From contig CAWEKI010000008.1 of assembly GCA_963809695.1 (NCBI GenBank), positions 249,739 through 313,738 on the forward strand: a stretch of 64,000 nucleotides of DNA, given 5' to 3'. Of this stretch, positions 9,480 through 18,523 are shown piece by piece. Made by a program: the position numbers and the translations under genes. This stretch comes from an uncultured Bacteroidota bacterium (GTDB taxonomy: Bacteria; Bacteroidota; Ignavibacteria; UBA10030; UBA6906). Position 1 is the stretch's first letter. Each line of letters opens with the position of its first letter. The notes beneath the pieces were generated by a model. That model saw only the letters and a program-made list of their open reading frames with translations, searched no databases and had not been told where the DNA came from.

Positions 9480-10253
9480 ATGATTGTTACGACCGAAGCG
9501 GTTGTACTGAAATCAATGAAGTACAGGGAGACCAGCCGGATCGTAACGCTCTATTCGCGCCAATTCGGCAAATTCGCCCTGATCGCAAAAGGCGCCCGTG
9601 AACGCAAGAACAGGTTTGGTTCCGCCCTGAACCTGATGAGCCATGTGCAGGCCGTGGTGTACAGGAAAGAGGACCGGGACCTCCAGCTTCTGTCGCAGTG
9701 TGACGTCATCGACTCATTCCGTCATATCTCCGAAGAAATGGAGCGGCTGGCCACGGGCATGGCTGTCGTCGAACTGATAGACGCAGTCACGCACGCCGAG
9801 GAAGAAAATCCGCCCTTGTTCGGGCTCTTGATTCAGACCCTGCATACCATCGACACAGCATCAAGGAACATGGTCAATGCGCTCTACGGGTTCGAAGTGC
9901 GGCTGCTCGATATCCTGGGATTCCGCCCGAACTTCTTTACATGCTTTCATTGTGGCACTCCCATCGACGAGTTTTCCGTCGGCAGGTCGGGTGCCGAACT
10001 GAACGTAAGCTATGGCGGCATTCTTTGCTCACAGTGCTCCTCGCAGGGGATGGGGATCGAGACTGTTTCGGCAGGATCCGTCAAGATGCTGCAACATCTT
10101 CAGGAAGCATCGGACCCGGCATCGATCACGCGGATCACCATGTCGACACAGATGAGAAACGAAGTCGCGGCAACGATGCGCCGCTGCTTGCAGAGCCATA
10201 TTGAAGGTTTCCGCCCGTTGAAATCGGAGAAGTTGTTCTCCTTGTTGCAGTGA
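9480..10253 (+). CDS. recO: DNA repair protein RecO
   Basis: N-terminal OB fold (YRETSRIVTLYS..GK), LGFRP, CxxC/CxxC zinc site. Confidence 0.93.
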   Translation: MIVTTEAVVLKSMKYRETSRIVTLYSRQFGKFALIAKGARERKNRFGSALNLMSHVQAVVYRKEDRDLQLLSQCDVIDSFRHISEEMERLATGMAVVELIDAVTHAEEENPPLFGLLIQTLHTIDTASRNMVNALYGFEVRLLDILGFRPNFFTCFHCGTPIDEFSVGRSGAELNVSYGGILCSQCSSQGMGIETVSAGSVKMLQHLQEASDPASITRITMSTQMRNEVAATMRRCLQSHIEGFRPLKSEKLFSLLQ

Positions 10254-10278
10254 CTCATTCCACACGGAGGTTTGTGCC

Positions 10279-11814
10279 ATGCTCAAGAAGTCTGTCCTGA
10301 CATCGCTGGTTCTCATCTCGGTCGGCATCGTCTTTGGGGCCTTGCTCGTGTCCAATCTCAGCAACGGCGTTGACCTGGGCTTCGCGCGGGGCGGAGACGT
10401 GAAACTCGGCGGACAGACGCCGATCACGAATCAGAACCAGACCGCCAAGGCCTTCAGCGACAATTTCGTGGCTGTTTCGAAAGCGGTCACCCCATCGGTC
10501 GTCGCTATTACGGTGACGACTTCCGGGAAAGAGAAGGGCAGAAGCATGCCCAAAGATTTCTTCCACTTTTTTGGCCCGGATTTCAAACCGCCGGATGAAG
10601 AGCCTTCACAGGGGTATGGTTCAGGAGTGATCCTCACTCAGGACGGGTACATCGCGACGAACAATCATGTGGTGGATGATGCAGACAAGAACGGCATCGA
10701 GGTGGTGATGCACGACAAGATCAGGTACAAGGCGCGATTGATCGGGACAGACCCGTCGACGGACCTTGCGGTCGTGAAGATCGATGCCGCGGGCCTGCCG
10801 GCGGCTGCGCTCGGGAACTCCGACAATGTCCAGGTGGGGGAGTGGGTGCTTGCCATCGGCAACCCGCTGGGGTTGACGTCCACGGTCACGGCAGGGATCA
10901 TCAGCGCCGTGGGTCGGAGCATCAACATCATTCAGACCCAGGGGGGATACGGCATCGAGAATTTCATCCAGACGGATGCCGCCATCAACCCGGGCAATAG
11001 CGGAGGCGCCCTGGTCAACATTAGCGGGGAGGTGATCGGCATCAACTCGGCCATCGCCACGACGAATGCCCGCTACCAGGGGTATGGGTTCGCGGTTCCT
11101 GTCAATCTTCTGAAGAGCGTCGCGGCGGACCTGATCAAAGAAGGGAAGGTGCTGCGCGGATATATCGGGGTCAATATCTCCATGGTGGACCAAACGATGG
11201 CGAACGCGCTTGGCCTCAAAGAAGCCACAGGCGTCCTCGTCAACAACCTGGTGAAGGGGGGGGCCGGTGAGGCCTCGGGCTTGCGTGAAGGGGACGTTAT
11301 TTTGTCCGTGGATGGGAAGCAGGTCAATGCCCCGAACGAGCTGCAAACGCTCGTGGCAACACATCATCCGGGTGATGTCGTCGCGCTGGAGGTGTTCCGC
11401 GAAGGGAAGACCATGCAGAAAAAGGTGACATTGAAGGCGCGGGAAGAGGATACGGTCGCATCCCGGGATAAGGAAGATCAGCCGGAGGAAGAAGCCAGCA
11501 CGCCGGATGTCCCCACGCCCCTCAAGTTCGATAACGTGGGGATCAGCGTACGGGCCCTGACGGCGGAGGAGAAGAAGCAGATGAGCGTGGAACGCGGCAT
11601 CCTGGTGACCGAAGTGAAGCCGTACAGTGAGGCATTCAACCGATTCATTGCGACGAACGACGTGATCGTTGAGGCGGACCGCAAAGAGGTCAATTCTCCG
11701 TCCGACCTGAAGAAGCTCCTCGAAGCACACAAGCCGGGTGATTCCGTGTTGCTGCGGATCAAACGGAGAGACAGCCAACAGATAGGTTTCGCTGCCATCC
11801 AGATACCGAAATAA
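10279..11814 (+). CDS. degP: DegP/HtrA (Do-family) serine protease with two PDZ domains
   Basis: TNNHVV, DLAV, TDAAINPGNSGG catalytic triad; two PDZ domains. Confidence 0.93.
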   Translation: MLKKSVLTSLVLISVGIVFGALLVSNLSNGVDLGFARGGDVKLGGQTPITNQNQTAKAFSDNFVAVSKAVTPSVVAITVTTSGKEKGRSMPKDFFHFFGPDFKPPDEEPSQGYGSGVILTQDGYIATNNHVVDDADKNGIEVVMHDKIRYKARLIGTDPSTDLAVVKIDAAGLPAAALGNSDNVQVGEWVLAIGNPLGLTSTVTAGIISAVGRSINIIQTQGGYGIENFIQTDAAINPGNSGGALVNISGEVIGINSAIATTNARYQGYGFAVPVNLLKSVAADLIKEGKVLRGYIGVNISMVDQTMANALGLKEATGVLVNNLVKGGAGEASGLREGDVILSVDGKQVNAPNELQTLVATHHPGDVVALEVFREGKTMQKKVTLKAREEDTVASRDKEDQPEEEASTPDVPTPLKFDNVGISVRALTAEEKKQMSVERGILVTEVKPYSEAFNRFIATNDVIVEADRKEVNSPSDLKKLLEAHKPGDSVLLRIKRRDSQQIGFAAIQIPK

Positions 11815-11822
11815 CGCAGAAC

Positions 11823-11892
11823 GGGGAATGAGGGAGGGCTTGCGAGCTCTCAGCTCCTGATTCCCCATTTCCTTCTCAATTCCTCATTCTTT
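11823..11892. repeat. Purine-then-pyrimidine hairpin with degenerate ATTCCYC heptamers after degP
   Basis: GGGGAATGAGGGAG pairs with CTCCTGATTCCCC; followed by ATTTCCT, ATTCCTC, ATTCTTT. Confidence 0.4.
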
Positions 11893-12005
11893 GCCCTGGT
11901 GGGCATCGCAGGAGGTCTGCGGCCCTGGTTCGTAATCCCACACCCAACGTGTTTTCCGTGGCAATGGATTTCCTCGGTGCCGTCCGTGTTCGTCTCATCC
12001 CTTCC

Positions 12006-12034
12006 TTGACAATCTGCCTCTTGAATGGTATATT
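12006..12034 (+). promoter_or_regulatory. sigma70 promoter for HNH-trpS-scpAB-rluB
   Basis: TTGACA-N17-TATATT. Confidence 0.75.
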
Positions 12035-12130
12035 TTTAATGTAGAACGGCGATTTTTGAACCATTTACGACAGCAAGGAGGTATAGACGACTTCAGCGCT
12101 CAGGGTCATCGAAACGGTCTCGATGGGAGA

Positions 12131-12634
12131 ATGAACGCGAAGGTTCTGATTCTAAATCAGAACTATGAGCCCATGAGTGTGATCAACGTGAGGAAGGCCA
12201 TCGTGCTGCTGTACCTGGGGAAAGCGGAGCTCGTGGAAGCTTACGACGGCAAGCAGGTGCATAGTGTTTCGGTAGCAATGCCTTTCCCGAGTATTTTGCG
12301 CCTCTCGATGTATGTCAGGATTCCTTACAAGAAAATCATTCTCTCCCGCAAGAACATTCTCCGGCGTGATGGTCACCGGTGCCAGTTCTGCGGGCGGGGG
12401 GATATCCCGCTGACGGTGGATCACGTCATACCGGGATCGCGGGGAGGCGAGGACACATGGGAGAATCTGGTTTGCGCTTGCGTTATCTGCAACAACAGGA
12501 AAGGCGACCGCACACCGGAAGAGGCCCTGATGCCGTTGCGTCGCAAACCCATGCGCCCGAACCATGTGACCTTCATCAGGCATTTCGTCGGCACGCTGAA
12601 CGAGCGTTGGAAACCCTACCTGTTCCTCCACTGA
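12131..12634 (+). CDS. HNH endonuclease family protein
   Basis: VLILNQNYEP, RRDGHRCQFCG, TVDHVIP.SRGG..TWENLVCAC..CN..KG. Confidence 0.92.
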   Translation: MNAKVLILNQNYEPMSVINVRKAIVLLYLGKAELVEAYDGKQVHSVSVAMPFPSILRLSMYVRIPYKKIILSRKNILRRDGHRCQFCGRGDIPLTVDHVIPGSRGGEDTWENLVCACVICNNRKGDRTPEEALMPLRRKPMRPNHVTFIRHFVGTLNERWKPYLFLH

Positions 12635-12674
12635 CCTCTTTTTTCTCCTGCTTGCTCTACGTGAAAGGTAGCCT

Positions 12675-13658
12675 TTGAAGGATAAGACGATTCTCAGCGG
12701 CATGCGGCCGACGGGAAAGCTGCATTTGGGTCACCTGGTCGGTGCCCTGGAAAACTGGGTCGCCCTTCAGGGGGAATTCCACAATTATCACCTGATCGCA
12801 GACTATCATGCGTTGACGACGAACCTGGATTCGTCCGGCATCTTTCAGAATTCAATGGACATGGTCATCGACTGGCTGGCCGCGGGCATTGATCCGAACG
12901 AAAGCCCGATCTTCCGCCAGTCGCAGATCAAAGAACACACGGAGCTTCATCTGATCTTCTCGATGCTCATCACCGCGGCCCGGTTGGAACGCAACCCTGC
13001 GGTGAAAGAGCAGGTACGGGATCTCCATATCGAGAATGTCAGCTACGGGCATCTCGGATACCCGGTCCTTCAGGCGGCGGATATTCTCCTGTACAAAGGG
13101 GACCTCGTCCCGGTTGGGGAAGACCAGGTGCCGCATGTGGAGATCTCCCGTGAGATTGCGCGCCGGTTCAATGCACAGTATGGCACCGTTTTTCCGGAGC
13201 CGAAACCGAAGCTGACGAAGTTTGCACGCCTTCCCGGCCTTGACGGGATGGACAAGAAGATGAGCAAGTCGGCGGGGAACACGATCCTGCTCTCGGATCC
13301 CCCGGAGAGCATCCGGGCGAAAATGCGGACGGCGGTGACCGATCCGCTGAAGGTCCGGAAGAACGACCCCGGCAGGCCCGATATCTGCCTGGTCTATGTG
13401 TATCATCAAAAGTTCAATCCTGCCGGGGTTGCCGACGTCCGAGCCGGCTGCATGAGCGGAGCCCTGGGCTGTGTGGAATGCAAGGCGCGCATTGCCGGAG
13501 CGATTGCGGAACAGCTGGGACCTTTTCGGGAAAAGCGCGCACATTTTGAGTCACATCCCGGAGAGGTGCGGCAAATCCTGGAGGACGGGGAACGCAAGGC
13601 GCGTACCCGGGCGGAAGCAACGATGGCCGAAGTCAGGAAGGTGATGAATCTTGGGTAG
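12675..13658 (+). CDS. trpS: Tryptophan--tRNA ligase
   Basis: SGMRPTGKLHLGH, YPVLQAADIL, VPVGEDQ, KMSKS. Confidence 0.97.
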   Translation: MKDKTILSGMRPTGKLHLGHLVGALENWVALQGEFHNYHLIADYHALTTNLDSSGIFQNSMDMVIDWLAAGIDPNESPIFRQSQIKEHTELHLIFSMLITAARLERNPAVKEQVRDLHIENVSYGHLGYPVLQAADILLYKGDLVPVGEDQVPHVEISREIARRFNAQYGTVFPEPKPKLTKFARLPGLDGMDKKMSKSAGNTILLSDPPESIRAKMRTAVTDPLKVRKNDPGRPDICLVYVYHQKFNPAGVADVRAGCMSGALGCVECKARIAGAIAEQLGPFREKRAHFESHPGEVRQILEDGERKARTRAEATMAEVRKVMNLG

Positions 13659-13661
13659 ACC

Positions 13662-14408
13662 ATGTACAGAGTAAAACTCACGGACTTCGAAGGGCCGCTC
13701 GACCTCCTGCTGTTCTTCATCAAGCGGGATGAGCTGGACATCACAAATATTCCCATTGCGCAGATCACGCAGGAGTATCTGGATTCCCTCCAGCTCATGG
13801 CCTCGCTCGACCTCGAAGTGGCCGGGGATTTCATTGTCATGGCCGCGACGCTGATGCAGATCAAGGTGCGGATGCTGCTGCCGCGTGATGAGAATGCCGA
13901 GACGGAAGAAGACCCGCGTGCCGAGTTGGTGAGGCGGCTCATCGAGTACAAGCGCTTCAAAGAAATGTCGCAATCCATGTCCACGATGGAGGAACAACAA
14001 CGCAAGGTCTATTACAGGAAGTTCTTCCACGCCGATACCCGCATCCAGCCGGATGACGACGTGGACAACGAAACGCTGAAGGACATCTCCCTGTTCAACC
14101 TCATTGCTGCCTACAAGACCGCGATGGACCACATGCCGAAAAAAGTGGTCCACGAGGTCACCCTGCTGCCTGTCACGATCGACGAACAGATCAGCTTCGT
14201 CATGGACTATCTGCGTGTCCACGGGACTGGCACGCTGCTGAACGTCGTGGGGCACATGACCGAGAAGGTGCGCATCGTGGTGACGATCATTGCGATCCTC
14301 GAGCTCACGAAGAACAAAGTCATCACGCTGAGCCCTCTCGACGGCGGAAACGATATCATGATCCGCCCTGCGCCGCATATGCACACGTTGAAGGTGGCGA
14401 CCGCATGA
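13662..14408 (+). CDS. scpA: Segregation and condensation protein A
   Basis: FEGPLDLLL, AATLMQIK, EDPRAELVRRLIEY, AILEL. Confidence 0.95.
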   Translation: MYRVKLTDFEGPLDLLLFFIKRDELDITNIPIAQITQEYLDSLQLMASLDLEVAGDFIVMAATLMQIKVRMLLPRDENAETEEDPRAELVRRLIEYKRFKEMSQSMSTMEEQQRKVYYRKFFHADTRIQPDDDVDNETLKDISLFNLIAAYKTAMDHMPKKVVHEVTLLPVTIDEQISFVMDYLRVHGTGTLLNVVGHMTEKVRIVVTIIAILELTKNKVITLSPLDGGNDIMIRPAPHMHTLKVATA

Positions 14409-15163
14409 CTGCACAGCAGGCCCCGCCATTTTCCGGAGTGGCGGACGAGAAAGAAATCATCGAAGCCTTGTTCTTTGCGACCGACGAGCCGCTCACGCTG
14501 AAGCAGGTCATCGACATCTTCGGCGATGCCGAGGAATCGGACAGGAACAGGAGGGTTACCCCGGAGCTGATCCTCTCGATCATTGAAGATCTGAACAAGG
14601 AGTACAGCGAGAGCGGCCGTACCTTCAGGATCGTCAAGATCGCGGGCGGATATCAGTTTGCGACGCAACCGCAATTCGGCATCTGGCTCGGCAGAATGGT
14701 GCGGGAGAGATCCAAGCGCAAGCTCTCCGTTTCCGCCCTCGAATCGCTGGCGGTCATTGCCTACAAGCAGCCAGTGACGAAGCCGGAGATCGAGGCGATC
14801 CGCGGGGTCAATGCCGACTACGTCCTGCATTCCCTTCTGGAACGCAATCTTGTTGCGATCGTTGGAAGGGCGGCCACTCCCGGGAGGCCCCTGCTGTATG
14901 GCACAACGAAAGAATTCCTGAAACACTTCGGCATCAACGATCTGTCGGAGCTGCCGAAGCCGAGAGAGATCAATGAGCTGATGGCCGAGGCGGAGTTCGA
15001 GGTCGAGAAACGCATGCTGAAGGAGCTGGAAGAGAAACGGGGGGAGGAGGAGGAAGGGACTGACGACCGTGTTGTGGGGCGAATCGAGGCCGGCGGGGTG
15101 AAGGGTGAAGCGGAGAATGATCTGCCGGGAGTGGATGAATTGACGAAGGATACCGACGTATGA
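14405..15163 (+). CDS. scpB: Segregation and condensation protein B
   Basis: IEALFFA, GGYQFAT, LESLAVIAYKQPVT..EIEAIRGV, GRPLLYGTT..FLKHFG. Confidence 0.95.
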   Translation: MTAQQAPPFSGVADEKEIIEALFFATDEPLTLKQVIDIFGDAEESDRNRRVTPELILSIIEDLNKEYSESGRTFRIVKIAGGYQFATQPQFGIWLGRMVRERSKRKLSVSALESLAVIAYKQPVTKPEIEAIRGVNADYVLHSLLERNLVAIVGRAATPGRPLLYGTTKEFLKHFGINDLSELPKPREINELMAEAEFEVEKRMLKELEEKRGEEEEGTDDRVVGRIEAGGVKGEAENDLPGVDELTKDTDV

Positions 15164-15921
15164 AGCGGCCGGTGAAAATAGAGCCCGAGGGGGTTGTCAG
15201 GATCAACCGCTATCTCAGCATGTGTGGCGTCGCATCGCGGCGGAAGGCCGAAGATCTCGTGTTGGAGGGAAAGGTGGAGGTCAATCATCACGTTGTGACC
15301 GACCTGGCAACAAAGGTTCGCCCCGGCATCGACAAAGTGTTCGTTGAGGGGAAGCAAGCGGTCCGGGTACGCGATTTCCTCTATCTGGCGATGAACAAGC
15401 CCAAGGATACGATTACCACCTTGAGCGACGAGCGAGGACGCACCACGGTGATCAGCCTCCTTAAGTCCAGGCAGCGCGTCTTTCCGATCGGCAGGCTTGA
15501 CAGGAACACCACCGGGGTCCTGCTGTTCACGGACGACGGCGAGTTTGCCAACAGGTTGATGCATCCGAAATTTGAAGTGCCCAAGTCTTACCAGGTGACC
15601 CTGGACAAGGCCCTGGCGCCCGAACACCGCGACCAGCTGCGCAAGGGCGTGCGGCTGGAGGATGGTCTCACGGCTCCAGCTGAGGTGTACGTCCTCCCGC
15701 ATGCCAGAGGAAAAGAGATCGGGATCATTATTCATGAGGGACGAAATCGGGAGGTGCGCCGGATGTTCGAGCACTTTGGCTACACGGTGATCAAGCTTGA
15801 CCGCGCGGCGTATGGGCCGGTCACGAAAGAAGGGCTTGCCCGCGGCGCAACCCGCAGCCTGACCCGCTCGGAGATCCGTGCGCTGCGTGCTCTGGCAGGC
15901 ATCGACGAACCCACAGGTTGA
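15160..15921 (+). CDS. rluB: Ribosomal large subunit pseudouridine synthase B-like
   Basis: RINRYLS.CGVASRR, GRLDRNTTG, EGRNREVRRM; canonical position after scpAB. Confidence 0.9.
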   Translation: MKRPVKIEPEGVVRINRYLSMCGVASRRKAEDLVLEGKVEVNHHVVTDLATKVRPGIDKVFVEGKQAVRVRDFLYLAMNKPKDTITTLSDERGRTTVISLLKSRQRVFPIGRLDRNTTGVLLFTDDGEFANRLMHPKFEVPKSYQVTLDKALAPEHRDQLRKGVRLEDGLTAPAEVYVLPHARGKEIGIIIHEGRNREVRRMFEHFGYTVIKLDRAAYGPVTKEGLARGATRSLTRSEIRALRALAGIDEPTG

Positions 15922-15953
15922 CCCGGGTGAACTCATACCGATGAGGAACTCCC

Positions 15954-17018
15954 ATGGCAGACAGACTCCGAGCACTCTTGTTGCTCGCACTTCCTCCCTT
16001 GCTTGCGTTCTCTTGTTGCCCGTCGACGTACAAAACAGTCTATCCCGCGCTCTCGGACGGTGCGTACGATTCCGAATTCCCGTACAAGTCGAGCTCTCAT
16101 CAGCTCGAACAGATCATGGAATCGGTGAAGCGCATCAGCTGCATTGCGTACTACAAGCTGTACGCGTTTCGGGCGGAAGAAAAAATCAGGCTCCGCGACG
16201 TGACGCCCGATCTGCTCGAACGGTATGAAAAGACCTCGGTCTTCACGAACAACGCCACGTCCGGTACGGCAACGGTGATCCTGTCCTCCGGGAAGAAACT
16301 GGCCCTTCTCACGTGTGCCCACGTGGTCGGATTCCCCGACACGCTGGTGACCTACCACCTTGACGCCGACCGGCGGAGGACGGACAATGTCGCAAGTATT
16401 GCATTCAAGAAACGCCAGTCCAATTTTGCGGCTATGCTTCCGGAGGGGGGCGACATGGGAATCCTGGCCATCGACCATGAGGCTGACCTCGCAGTACTGG
16501 GAATAGAGCTCAACGCGGTTCCCTCCCGGCCCATTCCCGCTTTCCATTATCCTCTCGGCAGCGCAAAGGAACTTGACTGGGGGGCGTTCGTGTACCTGTT
16601 CGGCTATCCCTCCGGATATAAGATGGTGACGAAAGGGATCGTCAGCAGCCCCAACAAGGACAAGTATGGCACTTTCCTGATTGATGCGGTTTTTACCCGG
16701 GGATTCAGCGGTGGGATCTGCCTTGCCATACGGGACGGCATTCCGAATTTCGAACTCGTCGGCATGGTGAAACTCGTCTCGGCCCACTCGTCCTACGTTG
16801 TTACGCCCGGCAAAGATTATGGAAGCGAGGAGTTTGACTCATCGGTGCCCTACAGGGGAGATGTTTTTGTGGAGCGGAAGACGGAAATCGAATACGGCAT
16901 CACGCAAGCCATCCCCGTGGAGAAGATTCGGGAATTCCTGGAGGAAAACTCCGCCCTGCTTGCCAACAAAGGATATCCCGTGACAGGTCTGATGGAATCT
17001 CCACCGAAAGGTTTGTGA
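15954..17018 (+). CDS. Trypsin-like serine protease, probable lipoprotein
   Basis: Hydrophobic signal ending LAFSCC; LTCAHVV, DLAVL, GYP, RGFSGG triad. Confidence 0.8.
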   Translation: MADRLRALLLLALPPLLAFSCCPSTYKTVYPALSDGAYDSEFPYKSSSHQLEQIMESVKRISCIAYYKLYAFRAEEKIRLRDVTPDLLERYEKTSVFTNNATSGTATVILSSGKKLALLTCAHVVGFPDTLVTYHLDADRRRTDNVASIAFKKRQSNFAAMLPEGGDMGILAIDHEADLAVLGIELNAVPSRPIPAFHYPLGSAKELDWGAFVYLFGYPSGYKMVTKGIVSSPNKDKYGTFLIDAVFTRGFSGGICLAIRDGIPNFELVGMVKLVSAHSSYVVTPGKDYGSEEFDSSVPYRGDVFVERKTEIEYGITQAIPVEKIREFLEENSALLANKGYPVTGLMESPPKGL

Positions 17019-17146
17019 TCCATGTCCAGCAGAGCGCTTTTTGCCGACCATTCAGCGAAATTCTTGCGTGGAGCAGACGACCACAGACACTCCATGCATC
17101 TGGATTGCACCCCACTTCCCATCACATCCTTCATGAGGGTCCAATA

Positions 17147-17809
17147 ATGCAGGAACCGGTGTCAACGTTGTTCTCCGATTCTGATCGTGAGCGTGTCTCC
17201 GTGGCGGTTCGCCAGGCGGAAAGCAAGACATCTGGGGAGATTGTTCCGTATATGGTCGGGCGGAGCGACAATTATGAGGAGGCCGAATGGCGATGCGGCG
17301 CCCTGTTGGGAGCGGTAACCCTGGCGGCTTTTTCGATCATATACAGCTACACGTCGATCTGGCTTCCGCTCAGCGTTGCTGAGCTAGTCATCGCCGTTCT
17401 GCTGGCCGGCGGGCTCGGTGTCGTTCTGCCCAAGATCCTCGCACCGCTCAAACGCGTGTTCGCGGGTCACCTCCTGATGCAACGGCGCGTTGCGCAGCGG
17501 GCTGCAGAGGCCTTCGTCAGTGAAGAAGTGTTCGAGACGAGAGAACGCACAGGTATCCTGATCTTTCTGAGCATCCTCGAGCGCAAGGTTCTTGTCCTGG
17601 GAGACTCCGGCATCAATGCGAAGGTCAAACCCGGAGATTGGGACGACATCGTCAAGCGCATCGTGTCCGGGATGCGGTCGGGCAAGCCTGTCGAAGGACT
17701 GATCGATGGTATTGCGCAGTGCGGCGCGCTTCTGCAAAAACATGGCGTTGCTCTCCGACCGGACGATACCGATGAACTCTCGGACTCTCTCCGCACGGAC
17801 GAAAAATAA
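17147..17809 (+). CDS. TPM (DUF477) domain membrane protein
   Basis: AESKTSGEIV, T.ERTGILIFLS..ERKV.VLGD.GI, DDTDELSD C-terminus. Confidence 0.85.
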   Translation: MQEPVSTLFSDSDRERVSVAVRQAESKTSGEIVPYMVGRSDNYEEAEWRCGALLGAVTLAAFSIIYSYTSIWLPLSVAELVIAVLLAGGLGVVLPKILAPLKRVFAGHLLMQRRVAQRAAEAFVSEEVFETRERTGILIFLSILERKVLVLGDSGINAKVKPGDWDDIVKRIVSGMRSGKPVEGLIDGIAQCGALLQKHGVALRPDDTDELSDSLRTDEK

Positions 17810-17811
17810 CC

Positions 17812-18460
17812 ATGCGCCGATCCCCGGCTTTCCGCCATGCATCTGCGGCCCTCCTGATTCTGGTGCTGGCTGCGTCTGCTCTCCCCACGGAAATTCCTTA
17901 TCGCTCCCGGAGAGTGAACGACGCCGCCGAAATTCTCTCCGCATCGATGGTTTTCTCCCTTGAGTCTCTCTTGAAGAGTACTCTATACGGGTGGTCGACT
18001 CCTGGAAACTTGGCCAATAGGGGAAGGATAACGGCGTCCTCCTGCTTGTGGCCCGCGATGACCGTAAGGTGAGGATCGAAGTGGGGCGAGGGCTTGAGGG
18101 GGACCTGCCCGACATCACGTGCGATTCCGTCATCAGGAAACAGATTCTGCCTCGGTTCAAGGATGGAGACTACGATGCCGGCGTGACCGATGGAATCCAG
18201 GCCATCCTGGGCGCCATGGGCGATCTCTGGGGGCGGATATTTGCCTCAGTGATCTTCCTGGTTGTGGTTGGGGTTTTCACGGGTGCCGCGCTCTTCACAA
18301 AGGGGGTGCTTCGTGGTTCCTGGCGTGTATGCACTGGGATTCCTGGCGCAAAATACTGGTTTGGCACGAGTGCTGCCGGAATATCGTTCCAGAGAAGGAT
18401 GTCAGTTTCTCCGGGGGAGGAGGAGGGTTCTCGGGAGGGGGAGCGTCAGGAAGTTGGTAA
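17812..18460 (+). pseudogene. Disrupted YgcG/TPM-domain gene
   Basis: RVNDAAEILS..LESLLK, then frameshifting deletion to EYSIRVVDSWKLGQ-TAG(18018-18020)-GKDNGVLLLVARDDRKVRIEVGRGLEG, further frameshift to SGGGGGFSGGGASGSW stop. Confidence 0.85.
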
Positions 18461-18523
18461 CCAGGAACAACTTCCGGGTGCGACTCACGTATACTACAGA
18501 AGCTTATTGATTCAGGAGCACTC

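Noticed and set aside
11930-11955. TCGTAAT upstream of HNH and TCGTAAAG upstream of tatD as extra copies of the comEC motif
   Set aside because: Only the first 6-7 bases match; the GCCC/CCC/GTA part is absent and both genes have sigma70-type promoters
12131-12634. HNH gene as a mobile homing endonuclease or defence nuclease
   Set aside because: Standalone small HNH type embedded in a housekeeping operon, with no intron, repeats or partner genes
18018-18020. Pyrrolysine/amber recoding at the in-frame TAG of the TPM gene
   Set aside because: The same gene has frameshifts and deletions, and TAG is a normal stop for several genes here (lysS, topA, raiA, hprK)
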